Below, piece after piece: positions 49,207 through 58,329 of a stretch of DNA of 64,000 nt. Numbering within the stretch: the first letter of the stretch is position 1; every line of letters starts with the position of its first letter. The translations under genes were made by a program, and so were the position numbers. Origin of the DNA: Desulfobacterales bacterium (GTDB lineage: Bacteria; Desulfobacterota; Desulfobacteria; Desulfobacterales; UBA5852); NCBI GenBank assembly GCA_963674755.2, contig CAXXVS010000001.1:864001-928000 (forward strand). The letters run 5' to 3'. The notes under the pieces were generated by a model, which saw only the letters and a list, made by a program, of their open reading frames with translations, had not been told where the DNA came from and searched no databases.

Positions 49207-50577
49207 TCAGAAGAGCTGTTCCAGGGCATCTTCCACCGTTTTGACGCCGATGGTCGTGATCCCCGGCACGGTGCCCAGACGGCGGATGTTGCCCTGGGGC
49301 ACCAGGCAGCGTTTGAAGCCCATCTTGGCGGCTTCCATGGCACGGATATCCACATGGCCCACCGCACGGACCTCGCCGGTGAGCCCCACTTCCCCTAAAA
49401 TGAGCATGTCGGCCGGCACGGCCTTGTCCATGAAGCTCGAGGCGATGGCCGCCACCACGGCCAGGTCCACGGCCGGTTCGTCCACCTTGACCCCGCCGGC
49501 CACATTCATGAACACATCCTGGCCGATCAGATGCAGGCCGAGTTTTTTCTCCATGACGGCCACCAGCAGGGCTACCCGGTGGGCGTCGAGACCCAGGATG
49601 GTGCGCCGCGGGGTTCCGGTATTCGTGCCGCTGACCAAAGCCTGGAGCTCCAGCAAAATCGGCCGGCTGCCCTCCATGCTGGCGGTCACGGCCGAGCCGG
49701 GCGCGCCGGCCGGGCGTTCGGACAGGAAGACGGCCGAGGGATTGGCGACTTCCACCAGCCCCTGGTCGCGCATCTCGAACACCCCGATTTCGTTGGTGGA
49801 GCCGAAGCGGTTCTTGACGGCGCGCAGGACCCTGAAAATATGGTTGCGGTCCCCTTCGAAGTAGAGCACGGTGTCCACCATGTGCTCCAGCAGGCGGGGA
49901 CCGGCAATGGCGCCGTCCTTGGTGACATGGCCCACCAGCAGCACGGGGATGCCCGATTTCTTGGCCATCATCATCAGACGCAGGGTGCATTCGCGCACCT
50001 GGCTGACGCTGCCCGGGGCCGAAGTCAGCGCGCTGTTGAACATGGTCTGGATGGAGTCCACCACCACCACCCGGGGCTGATGGGTTTCCACCATCTGGAT
50101 GATGGCCTCCACGTCGATTTCCGATACCACCAGCATGCCGGAGGCCACGGTCTCCAGGCGCTGGCTGCGCAGGCGGATCTGGCGGATGGATTCCTCGCCG
50201 GAGACATACAACACCTTGCCGTGCTGCCGGGCCAGGCCGTAAAGGGCTTGCAACATCAGGGTGGACTTGCCGATGCCCGGATCGCCGCCGATCAATACCA
50301 GGCTGCCGGCCACCAGTCCGCCGCCCAGGACCCGGTCCAGTTCGGCGAGGGACGTTTGGCAGCGCTGCTCCGCTTCCAGATCGACATGATCGATGGGGAC
50401 CGGCTCGGAAGCGCCCATGGATCCCCGCCGGCCGGTGTTGGGGCTCGATACCTGGCGGGTGGATTCCACCATGGTGTCCCACTCCCGGCACTCCGGACAG
50501 CGCCCCATCCAGCGCAGGGCCTCATAGCCGCAGGATTGGCAGGTGAAGATGGTTTTGGTCTTGCGGGGCACGGCCAT
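49207..50577 (-). CDS. radA: DNA repair protein RadA/Sms
   Basis: C4 zinc finger, GDPGIGKST, KNRFG, GEVGLTGEVR. Confidence 0.96.
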   Translation of the reverse strand: MAVPRKTKTIFTCQSCGYEALRWMGRCPECREWDTMVESTRQVSSPNTGRRGSMGASEPVPIDHVDLEAEQRCQTSLAELDRVLGGGLVAGSLVLIGGDPGIGKSTLMLQALYGLARQHGKVLYVSGEESIRQIRLRSQRLETVASGMLVVSEIDVEAIIQMVETHQPRVVVVDSIQTMFNSALTSAPGSVSQVRECTLRLMMMAKKSGIPVLLVGHVTKDGAIAGPRLLEHMVDTVLYFEGDRNHIFRVLRAVKNRFGSTNEIGVFEMRDQGLVEVANPSAVFLSERPAGAPGSAVTASMEGSRPILLELQALVSGTNTGTPRRTILGLDAHRVALLVAVMEKKLGLHLIGQDVFMNVAGGVKVDEPAVDLAVVAAIASSFMDKAVPADMLILGEVGLTGEVRAVGHVDIRAMEAAKMGFKRCLVPQGNIRRLGTVPGITTIGVKTVEDALEQLF

Positions 50578-51009
50578 GGGGATTTCGCGATGTCCTTTCG
50601 GCGTTGGGAGAGACCGGTTAGTAGGCCGGTCCAGCTTACGATTCAGGCGATCGTATAGCATGACCGGGAAGCCGGCAGCAAGCTGACGGCGACGACGGAT
50701 GGCTGTGGTGGGGGACTAAAGCGGGGTCGGAATGGGCCGATAAGGCAATCGAGCCCTGATTTCCCATGCCCTCCCCTGGACAGGGCGAATGATTATGGTA
50801 TTATTGATTCACAGGCAGCTTGGCAGGCGATCCGGGGTGGCGGATCATCCATTCCCACGGCAATCCTTCCTTCATAAGCGCACGCAAGACTTGCCAATGC
50901 GATGATTCATGCTGATGATTTTTTCTTGTCGACGGCCCTGCGAAAAACGCCGCCGGCCAACCGCCCGGTGGCGTGCCGGAAAATGAAACCATCATTGAGG
51001 AGATGGCGG

Positions 51010-51897
51010 ATGATGAGGCCATTCCAAAAAATAGGATCCCTTATAGCGGCCGTTCTCATCAGCGTTTTAACGATACCGCTTGTCCAGGCGGAGGAAGCCC
51101 GCAACCTTGAAACGACACCGGGGTTTTTTGTCGCCCTGCAGACCCGGCTTTTCCAGGACGGATTCGACCCGGAGACCATACGCCATATCTACGCCCAACC
51201 GGGGGTCAACTTAGACATCAAGGGGGTCGGCCTTTTTTTCAGGCACAGCGAAGCCCGTCTGGACTATGATCAGTTTCTCCAACGCCGCCGTATCCAGATG
51301 GCGCGTGCCTATATGCTCGAACACAGCGGCGCCCTATCCATGACGGAGGATCAATATGGCGTTCCGGGGGAGGTCGTTACCGCCATCATTCTGGTGGAAA
51401 CCCAGCTGGGCACCCTGGTGGGCAATCAGACCGTGTTCAATATCCTGTCGACCATGGCGGCCCTGGACGACGCCCAGGTCCGGAAGGCCTTCTGGAAAGA
51501 GCTGCCCCGGGAAGGACGTCTGTCCCGCAAGGCCTTTGAGAAAAAGGCGGATCAAAAATCGCGCTGGGCCTACAACGAACTCAAGGCCCTGCTGCGCTTC
51601 GTGGCCACCGAAAACATGGATCCCGTGACCATCCGGGGGTCCTATGCCGGCGCCATGGGTTATTGCCAGTTCATGCCCAGCAATGTCCTGCATCTGGGGG
51701 TGGACGGCAACGGGGATGAACGCGTTGATCTGTTCGATCATACCGATGCCATCGCCAGCGTGGGCAACTATCTCAAACACCACGGCTGGAAGCCGGGTAT
51801 GACGCGCGCCCAGCAGGTCAAGGTGATCCTCAAGTACAACTACAGCAAACCTTACGCGAACACGATCCTCAAAATCGCCGATCGTTTGAAGGGATAG
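51010..51897 (+). CDS. mltB: Lytic murein transglycosylase (MltB/SLT_2)
   Basis: VET.LG, GSYAGAMGYCQFMPS, DGNGD, SVGNYL..HGW; start placed after GAGGAG. Confidence 0.88.
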   Translation: MMRPFQKIGSLIAAVLISVLTIPLVQAEEARNLETTPGFFVALQTRLFQDGFDPETIRHIYAQPGVNLDIKGVGLFFRHSEARLDYDQFLQRRRIQMARAYMLEHSGALSMTEDQYGVPGEVVTAIILVETQLGTLVGNQTVFNILSTMAALDDAQVRKAFWKELPREGRLSRKAFEKKADQKSRWAYNELKALLRFVATENMDPVTIRGSYAGAMGYCQFMPSNVLHLGVDGNGDERVDLFDHTDAIASVGNYLKHHGWKPGMTRAQQVKVILKYNYSKPYANTILKIADRLKG

Positions 51898-51899
51898 CA

Positions 51900-52109
51900 A
51901 TGACATTCAAGATGGCCCTGACCGTTATCGTGGCCAGTATCCCCTTTTTCGTCCTGACGGTTTGGGCCCTGGTGGATGTATTTGTGAAAGAGTTCGGCAG
52001 CACCGGCCGCAAGGCCCTGTGGGCCCTGGTTGCCGCCGTGCCCTTCGTGGGCGCCCCGGTTTACCTGCTTTTCGGTTTTCGTCAGGGGCGTAAGCCTGAG
52101 CAAGCCTAA
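51900..52109 (+). CDS. Small membrane protein (PLDc_N domain)
   Basis: WALVD...K.LW...PFVGAPVYLLFG. Confidence 0.8.
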   Translation: MTFKMALTVIVASIPFFVLTVWALVDVFVKEFGSTGRKALWALVAAVPFVGAPVYLLFGFRQGRKPEQA

Positions 52110-52198
52110 GCTGCCGGTGGTGTCGCTTGGCGCGCTGAGCTGAAAGGGTTTGACAAGCTTAAAGGTTTCCGGTAAATGCACTCTACATTTCTTACCGT

Positions 52199-52273
<75 letters not shown>

Positions 52274-52284
52274 CTGATAATATC

Positions 52285-52322
52285 AGGGGCTTACAGTATT
52301 TTGTAAGCCCCTATTTTTTTTT
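52285..52322 (+). terminator. Intrinsic terminator after tRNA-Glu
   Basis: AGGGGCTTACA-6 nt-TGTAAGCCCCT perfect 11-bp stem followed by a T-run. Confidence 0.8.
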
Positions 52323-52362
52323 GTCCAAGGGAAAAGGGGTCAAAAAGGGGTCAAGTCTGCCC

Positions 52363-52391
52363 TTGACGCATACTGATGTTTTTTCTACTTT
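52363..52391 (+). promoter_or_regulatory. Sigma-70 promoter of the transposase, -35 inside the left TIR (predicted leaderless mRNA)
   Basis: TTGACG-N17-TACTTT; ATG begins 7 nt after the -10 ends; no Shine-Dalgarno. Confidence 0.55.
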
Positions 52392-52397
52392 CCTTTC

Positions 52398-53375
52398 ATG
52401 TCACGTCCACTTCGCATTCAATATCCCAATGCTTGGTATCACGTAATGAACCGTGGCAGGCGCAGGGAGTCCGTATTTGAGTCTAAAGATGACTTTCAAC
52501 TATTTTTAGATATCCTGCATGAAACCATTGAGCTGTTTTCTCTTCGCATCAGTGCCTATTGCCTGATGACCAACCATTATCACCTATTGGTTCAAACCCC
52601 GGATAGCAATTTGTCTCGTTGTATGCGTCATATCAACGGCGTTTATACCCAGCGATTTAATGCCGCCCATGGTTTGGATGGTCAGCTGTTTCGCGGTCGC
52701 TATAAGGCGATATTGGTGGGTGAAGACAGTTATTTGTTGCAACTGGTTCGGTATATCCATAAGAATCCCGTGCGAGCCGACATGGTGAAGAGTGCCGAAC
52801 TATACGAATGGTCGAGTCACAAAGGCTATTTGTCCAAGGCAAATAAGTGGGACTGGTTGCATAAGCAAATGATCCTGTCGATGATCACCAAAGATCAAAA
52901 ACAGCAGCTAAAAGGGTATCGCGCCTTTATGGTCGAAAACGAAAGCGAATCGTTTTTAGAAAAAATGAATTTAAAGAAATTACCGTCCGTACTCGGAGAA
53001 CAGGCTTTTGTTAGGATGATCAAGGATAAATTCTTCGAGCGCAAGCGGCATATCGAAGTGCCGGAGTCCAAACGCCTGGCCCCGAGCACCGATCGAATTA
53101 TAAATGCCGTATGTGTGAACTATGGTATGGACGAGGCGCAACTGTTGCTCGCCAAACGCGGTACGATAAATGAAGCCAGAAGCTTGGCGATTTATTTATT
53201 CCGGTATATGAGGGGGGCGTCGCTGAATGATATCGGCAAGACTTTCGATATCAGCAGTTACAGCACGGTCAGCAGTATCATTGAAAGATTTAAAGCCCGC
53301 ATGCATTCCGATCGAAAGTTATCACGCAAGGTCGAAATGTTAAGGGAATCTCTAATGCGTCAAGGGCAGACTTGA
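52398..53375 (+). CDS. REP-associated tyrosine transposase-like protein (Y1_Tnp) with C-terminal DnaA_C-like HTH
   Basis: MSRPLR...YHVMNRG, HUH motif MTNHYHLL, catalytic YIHKNP, YEWSS, C-terminal SLNDIGKTF...YSTV. Confidence 0.9.
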   Translation: MSRPLRIQYPNAWYHVMNRGRRRESVFESKDDFQLFLDILHETIELFSLRISAYCLMTNHYHLLVQTPDSNLSRCMRHINGVYTQRFNAAHGLDGQLFRGRYKAILVGEDSYLLQLVRYIHKNPVRADMVKSAELYEWSSHKGYLSKANKWDWLHKQMILSMITKDQKQQLKGYRAFMVENESESFLEKMNLKKLPSVLGEQAFVRMIKDKFFERKRHIEVPESKRLAPSTDRIINAVCVNYGMDEAQLLLAKRGTINEARSLAIYLFRYMRGASLNDIGKTFDISSYSTVSSIIERFKARMHSDRKLSRKVEMLRESLMRQGQT

Positions 53376-53436
53376 CCCCTTACGCTTGACCCCTTACGCT
53401 GACCCCTTACGCTGACCCCGTACGCCCCGTACGCCC
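53373..53436 (+). repeat. Tandem TGACCCC(T/G)TACGC repeats outside the right TIR
   Basis: TGACCCC at 53373, 53387, 53400 and 53413, then decayed GTACGCCC(C) units. Confidence 0.9.
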
Positions 53437-53565
53437 GCCGCCATGGACGGCCGGTGTCCCCCCAAAAAAATACATGATTACCCGCCTTGACTTTGTATAA
53501 GAATCCGTTCTAAGGCCTGATCACTGTGCATAACCTTCTGTCTTTATTCAGATCCACACGATTCC

Positions 53566-55989
53566 ATGACAACACTTGAGATGCCCACAGGAAAACCTTC
53601 TATGGATCAACCCCCGCAGGTTGGGCTTCCAGGGCGCATCCTGGTGATCGGCGACGATGCCAATGAGCGGCGGGCGCTGGAAGCGATTTTAAGCGGTGGC
53701 GGATTCGAAGTCATCCGTTCGATTGATGGATTGCGGGTTCCGAAGCACGTGTCCCAAAGCACACCCGATGCCGTTTTGCTCGCCTTCCGTCAATTCGATG
53801 GGGAAGCGCGCGACCTCTGCCGGCATTTTAAAACGGACCCCCGTACAAGCGCCATTCCGCTGATCGGCATCTGCGACCGGCAGGATCCTGACGCCCGGGT
53901 TCAAGGGCTTGCGGCCGGCTGTATCGATAGCATTACCAGGCCCTATCCAGACCAGGAGGTGCTCCAGCGGGTGCGGACCTATGTCAGGCTCTTCCGTCTT
54001 GAGCGGCATCTGGCCGAACCGGGCACCCCGGACGCCGCATGCCATGATGGCGTCGATATCGGAGATCGCCTGCGATTCGAGCAGCTGATCGCGAACATGT
54101 CTGCCCGGTTCATCAACATGCCCCCCGAACGCCTCGACACTGAAATCGAGAACGCTCTGCACATGCTGCTGGAGTTTTTCCAGGTCGACCGGTGCGGTTT
54201 GCTCCATACCATGCCGGACCATAAGGCATGGAAAATCACCCATGCGGCCTATTCGGAACACGCCACCCCGGTGCCCCGGGGCACCCAACTTCCCCGGTCG
54301 ATCAACCCCTGGGCCTTCGATCGACTTACGAAAGAGGGCCAGGTGGTAGCCTATACCAGGATGGACGACATTCCGGAGGCGTCCGATGCGGACAAGCAAA
54401 CCTGGAAGGACTGGGGAATACGCTCCAACCTCACCATGCCGATCCTCAAGCGCGAGTCCATCGTCCACCTTATTTCCATCAATGCCTTACAGAAAGAACG
54501 GGTCTGGCCGGAGGTATTCTTCCCCCGGCTGCAGTTGTTCGGCGAAATTCTCGTCAACGCGCTGGAGCGGCGGGAAATCGAGCAGGCCCTGCGCGAAAGC
54601 GATGAGCGGCTGGATATGGCCGCCTCTTCGGCCGAGGCCGGCGTGTGGTCCCTGGATGTGGACGCGGACCGATTCTGGGTTACCGACAAGCTGCGCCATA
54701 TCTTCCAATTCGCCCCGGACGAGGAGCTTAGCTTCGGACGTTTTCTGGAAGCGGTCCATCCGGACGACCGGGAAATGGCCGAGGCGACTTTGGTCCATTG
54801 CCGCGAGATACGCGATCTGGTCCGTTTGGAATACCGCATCGTGCTGCCCGACGGCAGACTTCGCTGGGTGGTTTCCAGAGGGCGGTCCTTTCCCCGGACG
54901 CCTACCCAACCGGAGCGCGTCATGGGGGTTACCATGGACATCACCCCGCGCAAGACCATGGAGGCGCGGATCCAGGCCCAACTGGAAGAGATTCAGCGGC
55001 TGAAGCAACAACTGGAGCAGGAAAACGTCTACCTGCGCGACGAAATCAAGCTTCGCCAGGGCCACGAAGGGATCATCGCCCACAGCCGGGCCATGAAACA
55101 TATTCTGGCCCAGGTGGAACAGGTGGCCGCCACCGACGCCACCGTTTTTATTTCGGGGGAGACCGGCACCGGCAAGGAGCTTTTGGCCCGGAGAATCCAC
55201 AGCCTCAGCCGCCGCAAGGACCGGATGCTGGTTACCATCAACTGCGCCGTGCTGCCCCCCACGCTGATCGAAAGCGAGCTTTTTGGCCGGGAGAAAGGCG
55301 CCTACACCGGGGCGCTCACCCGCATGGCGGGCCGTTTCGAGGTGGCGGACCGCTCCACGCTGTTCCTGGACGAGATCGGCGAGCTGCCCCTCGACCTGCA
55401 GGCCAAACTGCTGCGCGTGCTGGAAGAGGGACGCTTCGAGCGGCTGGGCTCCACCAAATCCAAGAAAGTCGATGTCCGCATCATTGCGGCCACCAATCGC
55501 GACCTTCCCCAGGAAGTGGCAGCGGGCCGCTTCCGCAGCGATCTCTTTTACCGCCTGAACGTTTTCCCCATTTCCATTCCGCCGCTCCGGGAACGTTTGG
55601 AGGATATCCCCCCGCTGGTATGGATGTTCGTCAGACAGAACGAGATGAAATTGGGCAACCGGATCGATCGCATCCCCCGCAAGCACATGGAAGCCCTCAA
55701 GCGCTACGGCTGGCCGGGCAATGCCCGGGAATTGCGCAATATCGTCGAACACGCCATGATCATCAGCCGCGGCGGGATCCTGGAGGTCCATCCGCCCGAT
55801 AACCCAACCCAAACCGCACCTTCCACGGGAACCCTGGAGGAAGTCGACCGCCGGCATATCCTGAGCGTACTGGCCAGGACCGGCTGGCGCGTCACCGGTA
55901 AAAACGGGGCCGCCGAAATCCTGGGACTGAAGCGCACCACCCTGCAGGCCAAAATGAAGAAGCTGGGGATCAAACGCCCTTCCGAATGA
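53566..55989 (+). CDS. Sigma-54-dependent activator (degenerate REC-GAF-PAS-AAA+-HTH, FhlA-like)
   Basis: [22 protein letters not shown] motif, [13 protein letters not shown]. Confidence 0.92.
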   Translation: MTTLEMPTGKPSMDQPPQVGLPGRILVIGDDANERRALEAILSGGGFEVIRSIDGLRVPKHVSQSTPDAVLLAFRQFDGEARDLCRHFKTDPRTSAIPLIGICDRQDPDARVQGLAAGCIDSITRPYPDQEVLQRVRTYVRLFRLERHLAEPGTPDAACHDGVDIGDRLRFEQLIANMSARFINMPPERLDTEIENALHMLLEFFQVDRCGLLHTMPDHKAWKITHAAYSEHATPVPRGTQLPRSINPWAFDRLTKEGQVVAYTRMDDIPEASDADKQTWKDWGIRSNLTMPILKRESIVHLISINALQKERVWPEVFFPRLQLFGEILVNALERREIEQALRESDERLDMAASSAEAGVWSLDVDADRFWVTDKLRHIFQFAPDEELSFGRFLEAVHPDDREMAEATLVHCREIRDLVRLEYRIVLPDGRLRWVVSRGRSFPRTPTQPERVMGVTMDITPRKTMEARIQAQLEEIQRLKQQLEQENVYLRDEIKLRQGHEGIIAHSRAMKHILAQVEQVAATDATVFISGETGTGKELLARRIHSLSRRKDRMLVTINCAVLPPTLIESELFGREKGAYTGALTRMAGRFEVADRSTLFLDEIGELPLDLQAKLLRVLEEGRFERLGSTKSKKVDVRIIAATNRDLPQEVAAGRFRSDLFYRLNVFPISIPPLRERLEDIPPLVWMFVRQNEMKLGNRIDRIPRKHMEALKRYGWPGNARELRNIVEHAMIISRGGILEVHPPDNPTQTAPSTGTLEEVDRRHILSVLARTGWRVTGKNGAAEILGLKRTTLQAKMKKLGIKRPSE

Positions 55990-56007
55990 TGCCTATATAG
56001 TGTCTTA

Positions 56008-56025
56008 ATGCCCAAATATGGGCAT
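56008..56025. promoter_or_regulatory. Candidate upstream activator (enhancer) palindrome
   Basis: ATGCCCA-AATA-TGGGCAT perfect inverted repeat about 100 bp upstream of a sigma-54 promoter, separated from it by an AT-rich tract. Confidence 0.5.
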
Positions 56026-56121
56026 ACGACAGGTGCTCCAATCTCTCCATAATATACTGTTCTGACAATATTTTATAATTATTTAGGTCAGACGCATCTT
56101 TTTTCGATACATTGTTGGTTC

Positions 56122-56137
56122 GGGCATGGTTTTCGCT
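56122..56137 (+). promoter_or_regulatory. Sigma-54 promoter
   Basis: GGGCATGGTTTTCGCT = GG-N10-GC, directly downstream of an activator gene. Confidence 0.6.
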
Positions 56138-56196
56138 TTTTGCTATGCCATCCTTTCGCGGCATTTCACGAACCAACATCACATACGGGGCACCTT

Positions 56197-56613
56197 ATGA
56201 CAGAAACCAGCCGGGTATCTCCCGCCGGTGACGGCCACCCCAACATTTCAGGTCGCGTTCGTGTATCCATTCGCATGCACATCCCAGCCGGGAAGCGCAA
56301 GGAGGCGCACAGCATCATCGCCTCCATGATCGGACGGATCAGACTCGAAGAGGGATGCCTGAGTTGCCGGCTCTACCAGGATGTCATCGATGGCAAGATG
56401 CTTTTGTATGAGGAAATCTGGGCCGACGAAAACGACTTTCAAAAGCACTTGCGGTCCGATGAATTCCGCAATGTGCTCCTGGCGGTGGAGATGGCGAGCA
56501 AGGCGCCCGAAATTCAATTCGACCGTATAGACCGGTCGGCGGGAATCGGGACCATCGAGGAAGGGCGCAAAGGAACGGCCGGTCCGCCTGATGTAGATGG
56601 ACTGCCGGTTTAA
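56197..56613 (+). CDS. Antibiotic-biosynthesis-monooxygenase (ABM) family protein
   Basis: EEGCLSCRLYQD...EEIW...HLRS. Confidence 0.8.
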   Translation: MTETSRVSPAGDGHPNISGRVRVSIRMHIPAGKRKEAHSIIASMIGRIRLEEGCLSCRLYQDVIDGKMLLYEEIWADENDFQKHLRSDEFRNVLLAVEMASKAPEIQFDRIDRSAGIGTIEEGRKGTAGPPDVDGLPV

Positions 56614-56666
56614 GAAAAGGAGGTCTTTCGAATGCCAACGGTTTTATTCGCAGGAGGGGGCGCGCC

Positions 56667-57419
56667 ATGAAGCGAGGTTTCAGTATGGGGCTCTGGGCGG
56701 TTTTAATCGCCGCCCTGGCGGCGGGCTGCGCGCCCACCCAGGTGCAGACGGTCCAAATGGATGCCGACCGGTTGCCCAAGCCGGATCTCATCCTGGTTTA
56801 TAATTTTGCCGTGACCCCTGAGGAGGTTTTGCTCGACAAGGGACTCAGCGCAGAGCTCAAGCAGCAGTACGAGCAGCACAAGGGCGAAACCCTTTCGGCC
56901 CAGGAAATCAAGACCGGCCATGCGGTGGCGGATGTGGTGGCGCGGGAACTGGTCAAAAATATCATTGCCATGAATTTGTGGGCCCAGCGGGGGTTTGCGC
57001 CGCCCCACGGCAAACGGCAGATCATGGCGGTCAAGGGGCAGCTCCTGAGCATCGATGAAGGCAACCGCACCGCAAGGGTCGTCATCGGACTGGGGACCGG
57101 ACGGACCGAGGTCCAGGCCAATGTGCAGCTCTACGAGGCAACCCCCGAGGGTCTGAAGGAGATCGAGGCGCTGCACGGCAATGCCAAGAGCAGCGACACG
57201 CCTGGTATGGCGGAATTGGTGGGGGTCGGCGCTATCCTCGGCCGTGTGGTCGGTCTTTCGGCCATCAGTGGGACGCTGTCCGCCGGATCGGAATTGACGG
57301 TGAACACGGTCGAGAGCGACGGCCGGCGGCTGGCCGACAAAATTGCCCGGGATCTCGGCCAATACTTCGTCGAACAAGGTTGGATCCCGCCTGAAGCCGT
57401 CAAAAAGTCATTTTTATAG
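56667..57419 (+). CDS. Lipoprotein, DUF4410-like
   Basis: Lipobox LAAGC; IDEGNR..RVVIGLGTG; PGMA; QGWI. Confidence 0.7.
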   Translation: MKRGFSMGLWAVLIAALAAGCAPTQVQTVQMDADRLPKPDLILVYNFAVTPEEVLLDKGLSAELKQQYEQHKGETLSAQEIKTGHAVADVVARELVKNIIAMNLWAQRGFAPPHGKRQIMAVKGQLLSIDEGNRTARVVIGLGTGRTEVQANVQLYEATPEGLKEIEALHGNAKSSDTPGMAELVGVGAILGRVVGLSAISGTLSAGSELTVNTVESDGRRLADKIARDLGQYFVEQGWIPPEAVKKSFL

Positions 57420-57446
57420 TCCTGTTGTAAAATTAGGGGAGCACGC

Positions 57447-58283
57447 ATGAAAAATTACCGCGTAATTCACGTTCTTGGATTGATTCTGGCCATTTTGCTT
57501 TTATTCGGGTGCGCCGAAATGCAGCGCACGTCCGCAAAGGCCAGCGCGCCAGCCTCGACGCTGGACCGTGTTCTTCTGGTGGGCGAATTGCGGGTGGGCA
57601 TGTCCGGGGACATGCCGCCCATGAACATGACCACCAAGGAAGACAAGCTCATCGGGTTGGATGCCGACCTGGCCGCCGTTATGGCCAATGCCATGGGTGT
57701 TCGGCTGAAATTGGAGAAAATCCCGTTCGATGAACTTTTGCCGGCGCTGGAAGTGGGCCGCATCGACATGATCATCTCGAACATGACCATCACACCGGAG
57801 CGCAACCTGAAGGCGGATTTCGTAGGGCCCTATTTCGTTTCCGGCAAGGGGCTACTCACCAAACGCGCGACCCTGGCCAAGGCAGAAAAGATGGAGGATC
57901 TGAACAGCCCGGAATTCACCTTCGTGGTCCTGAAAGGCACCACCAGCGAGCTGGTGGCCCGCAAGGGCGCCCCCAAGGCCGGTCTTTTGACGGCCTACAG
58001 CGAGGATGAGGCCGTGCAGATGGTGCTCAACGGCGATGCCGACGCCATGATCGCAGACTTCCCCATTTGTGTGGTGGCGGCTTACCGCCATAAGGGGTCC
58101 GGCCTGGTGTCGGTGGTTGCCCCGATCACCTACGAACCCATCGGCATCGCCATCCCCAAGGGCGACCCGCACCTGGTCAACTGGTTAGAAAACGTCCTGG
58201 ACGGCCTGCGCAAGGCCGGCGTCATGGAGGAACTGAAGGTGAAATGGTTCGCCGCGCCGACCTGGGTCGATCAGTTAAAATAA
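57447..58283 (+). CDS. Solute-binding lipoprotein, family 3 (amino-acid type)
   Basis: Lipobox LFGC; GELRVG, G.D.DLA, MTITPER. Confidence 0.9.
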   Translation: MKNYRVIHVLGLILAILLLFGCAEMQRTSAKASAPASTLDRVLLVGELRVGMSGDMPPMNMTTKEDKLIGLDADLAAVMANAMGVRLKLEKIPFDELLPALEVGRIDMIISNMTITPERNLKADFVGPYFVSGKGLLTKRATLAKAEKMEDLNSPEFTFVVLKGTTSELVARKGAPKAGLLTAYSEDEAVQMVLNGDADAMIADFPICVVAAYRHKGSGLVSVVAPITYEPIGIAIPKGDPHLVNWLENVLDGLRKAGVMEELKVKWFAAPTWVDQLK

Positions 58284-58329
58284 GCAAAAAAATAAATGGA
58301 ATCAAAGGCCTAAGAGAAAGGAGTATGAC

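Larger units (their letters stand above)
52345..53381 (+). mobile_element. TIR-bounded element carrying an HUH (RAYT-like) transposase
   Basis: Perfect 27-bp inverted repeats at 52345-52371 and 53355-53381; visibly more AT-rich than flanking genes. Confidence 0.8.

Noticed and set aside
52150..52178. Sigma-70 promoter for tRNA-Glu
   Set aside because: Perfect TTGACA but a poor -10 at 16-18-bp spacing; plausible but unsupported
53373..53436. Mini-CRISPR or ordinary microsatellite
   Set aside because: Units of 13-14 bp have no unique spacers and the motif is the TIR terminus itself
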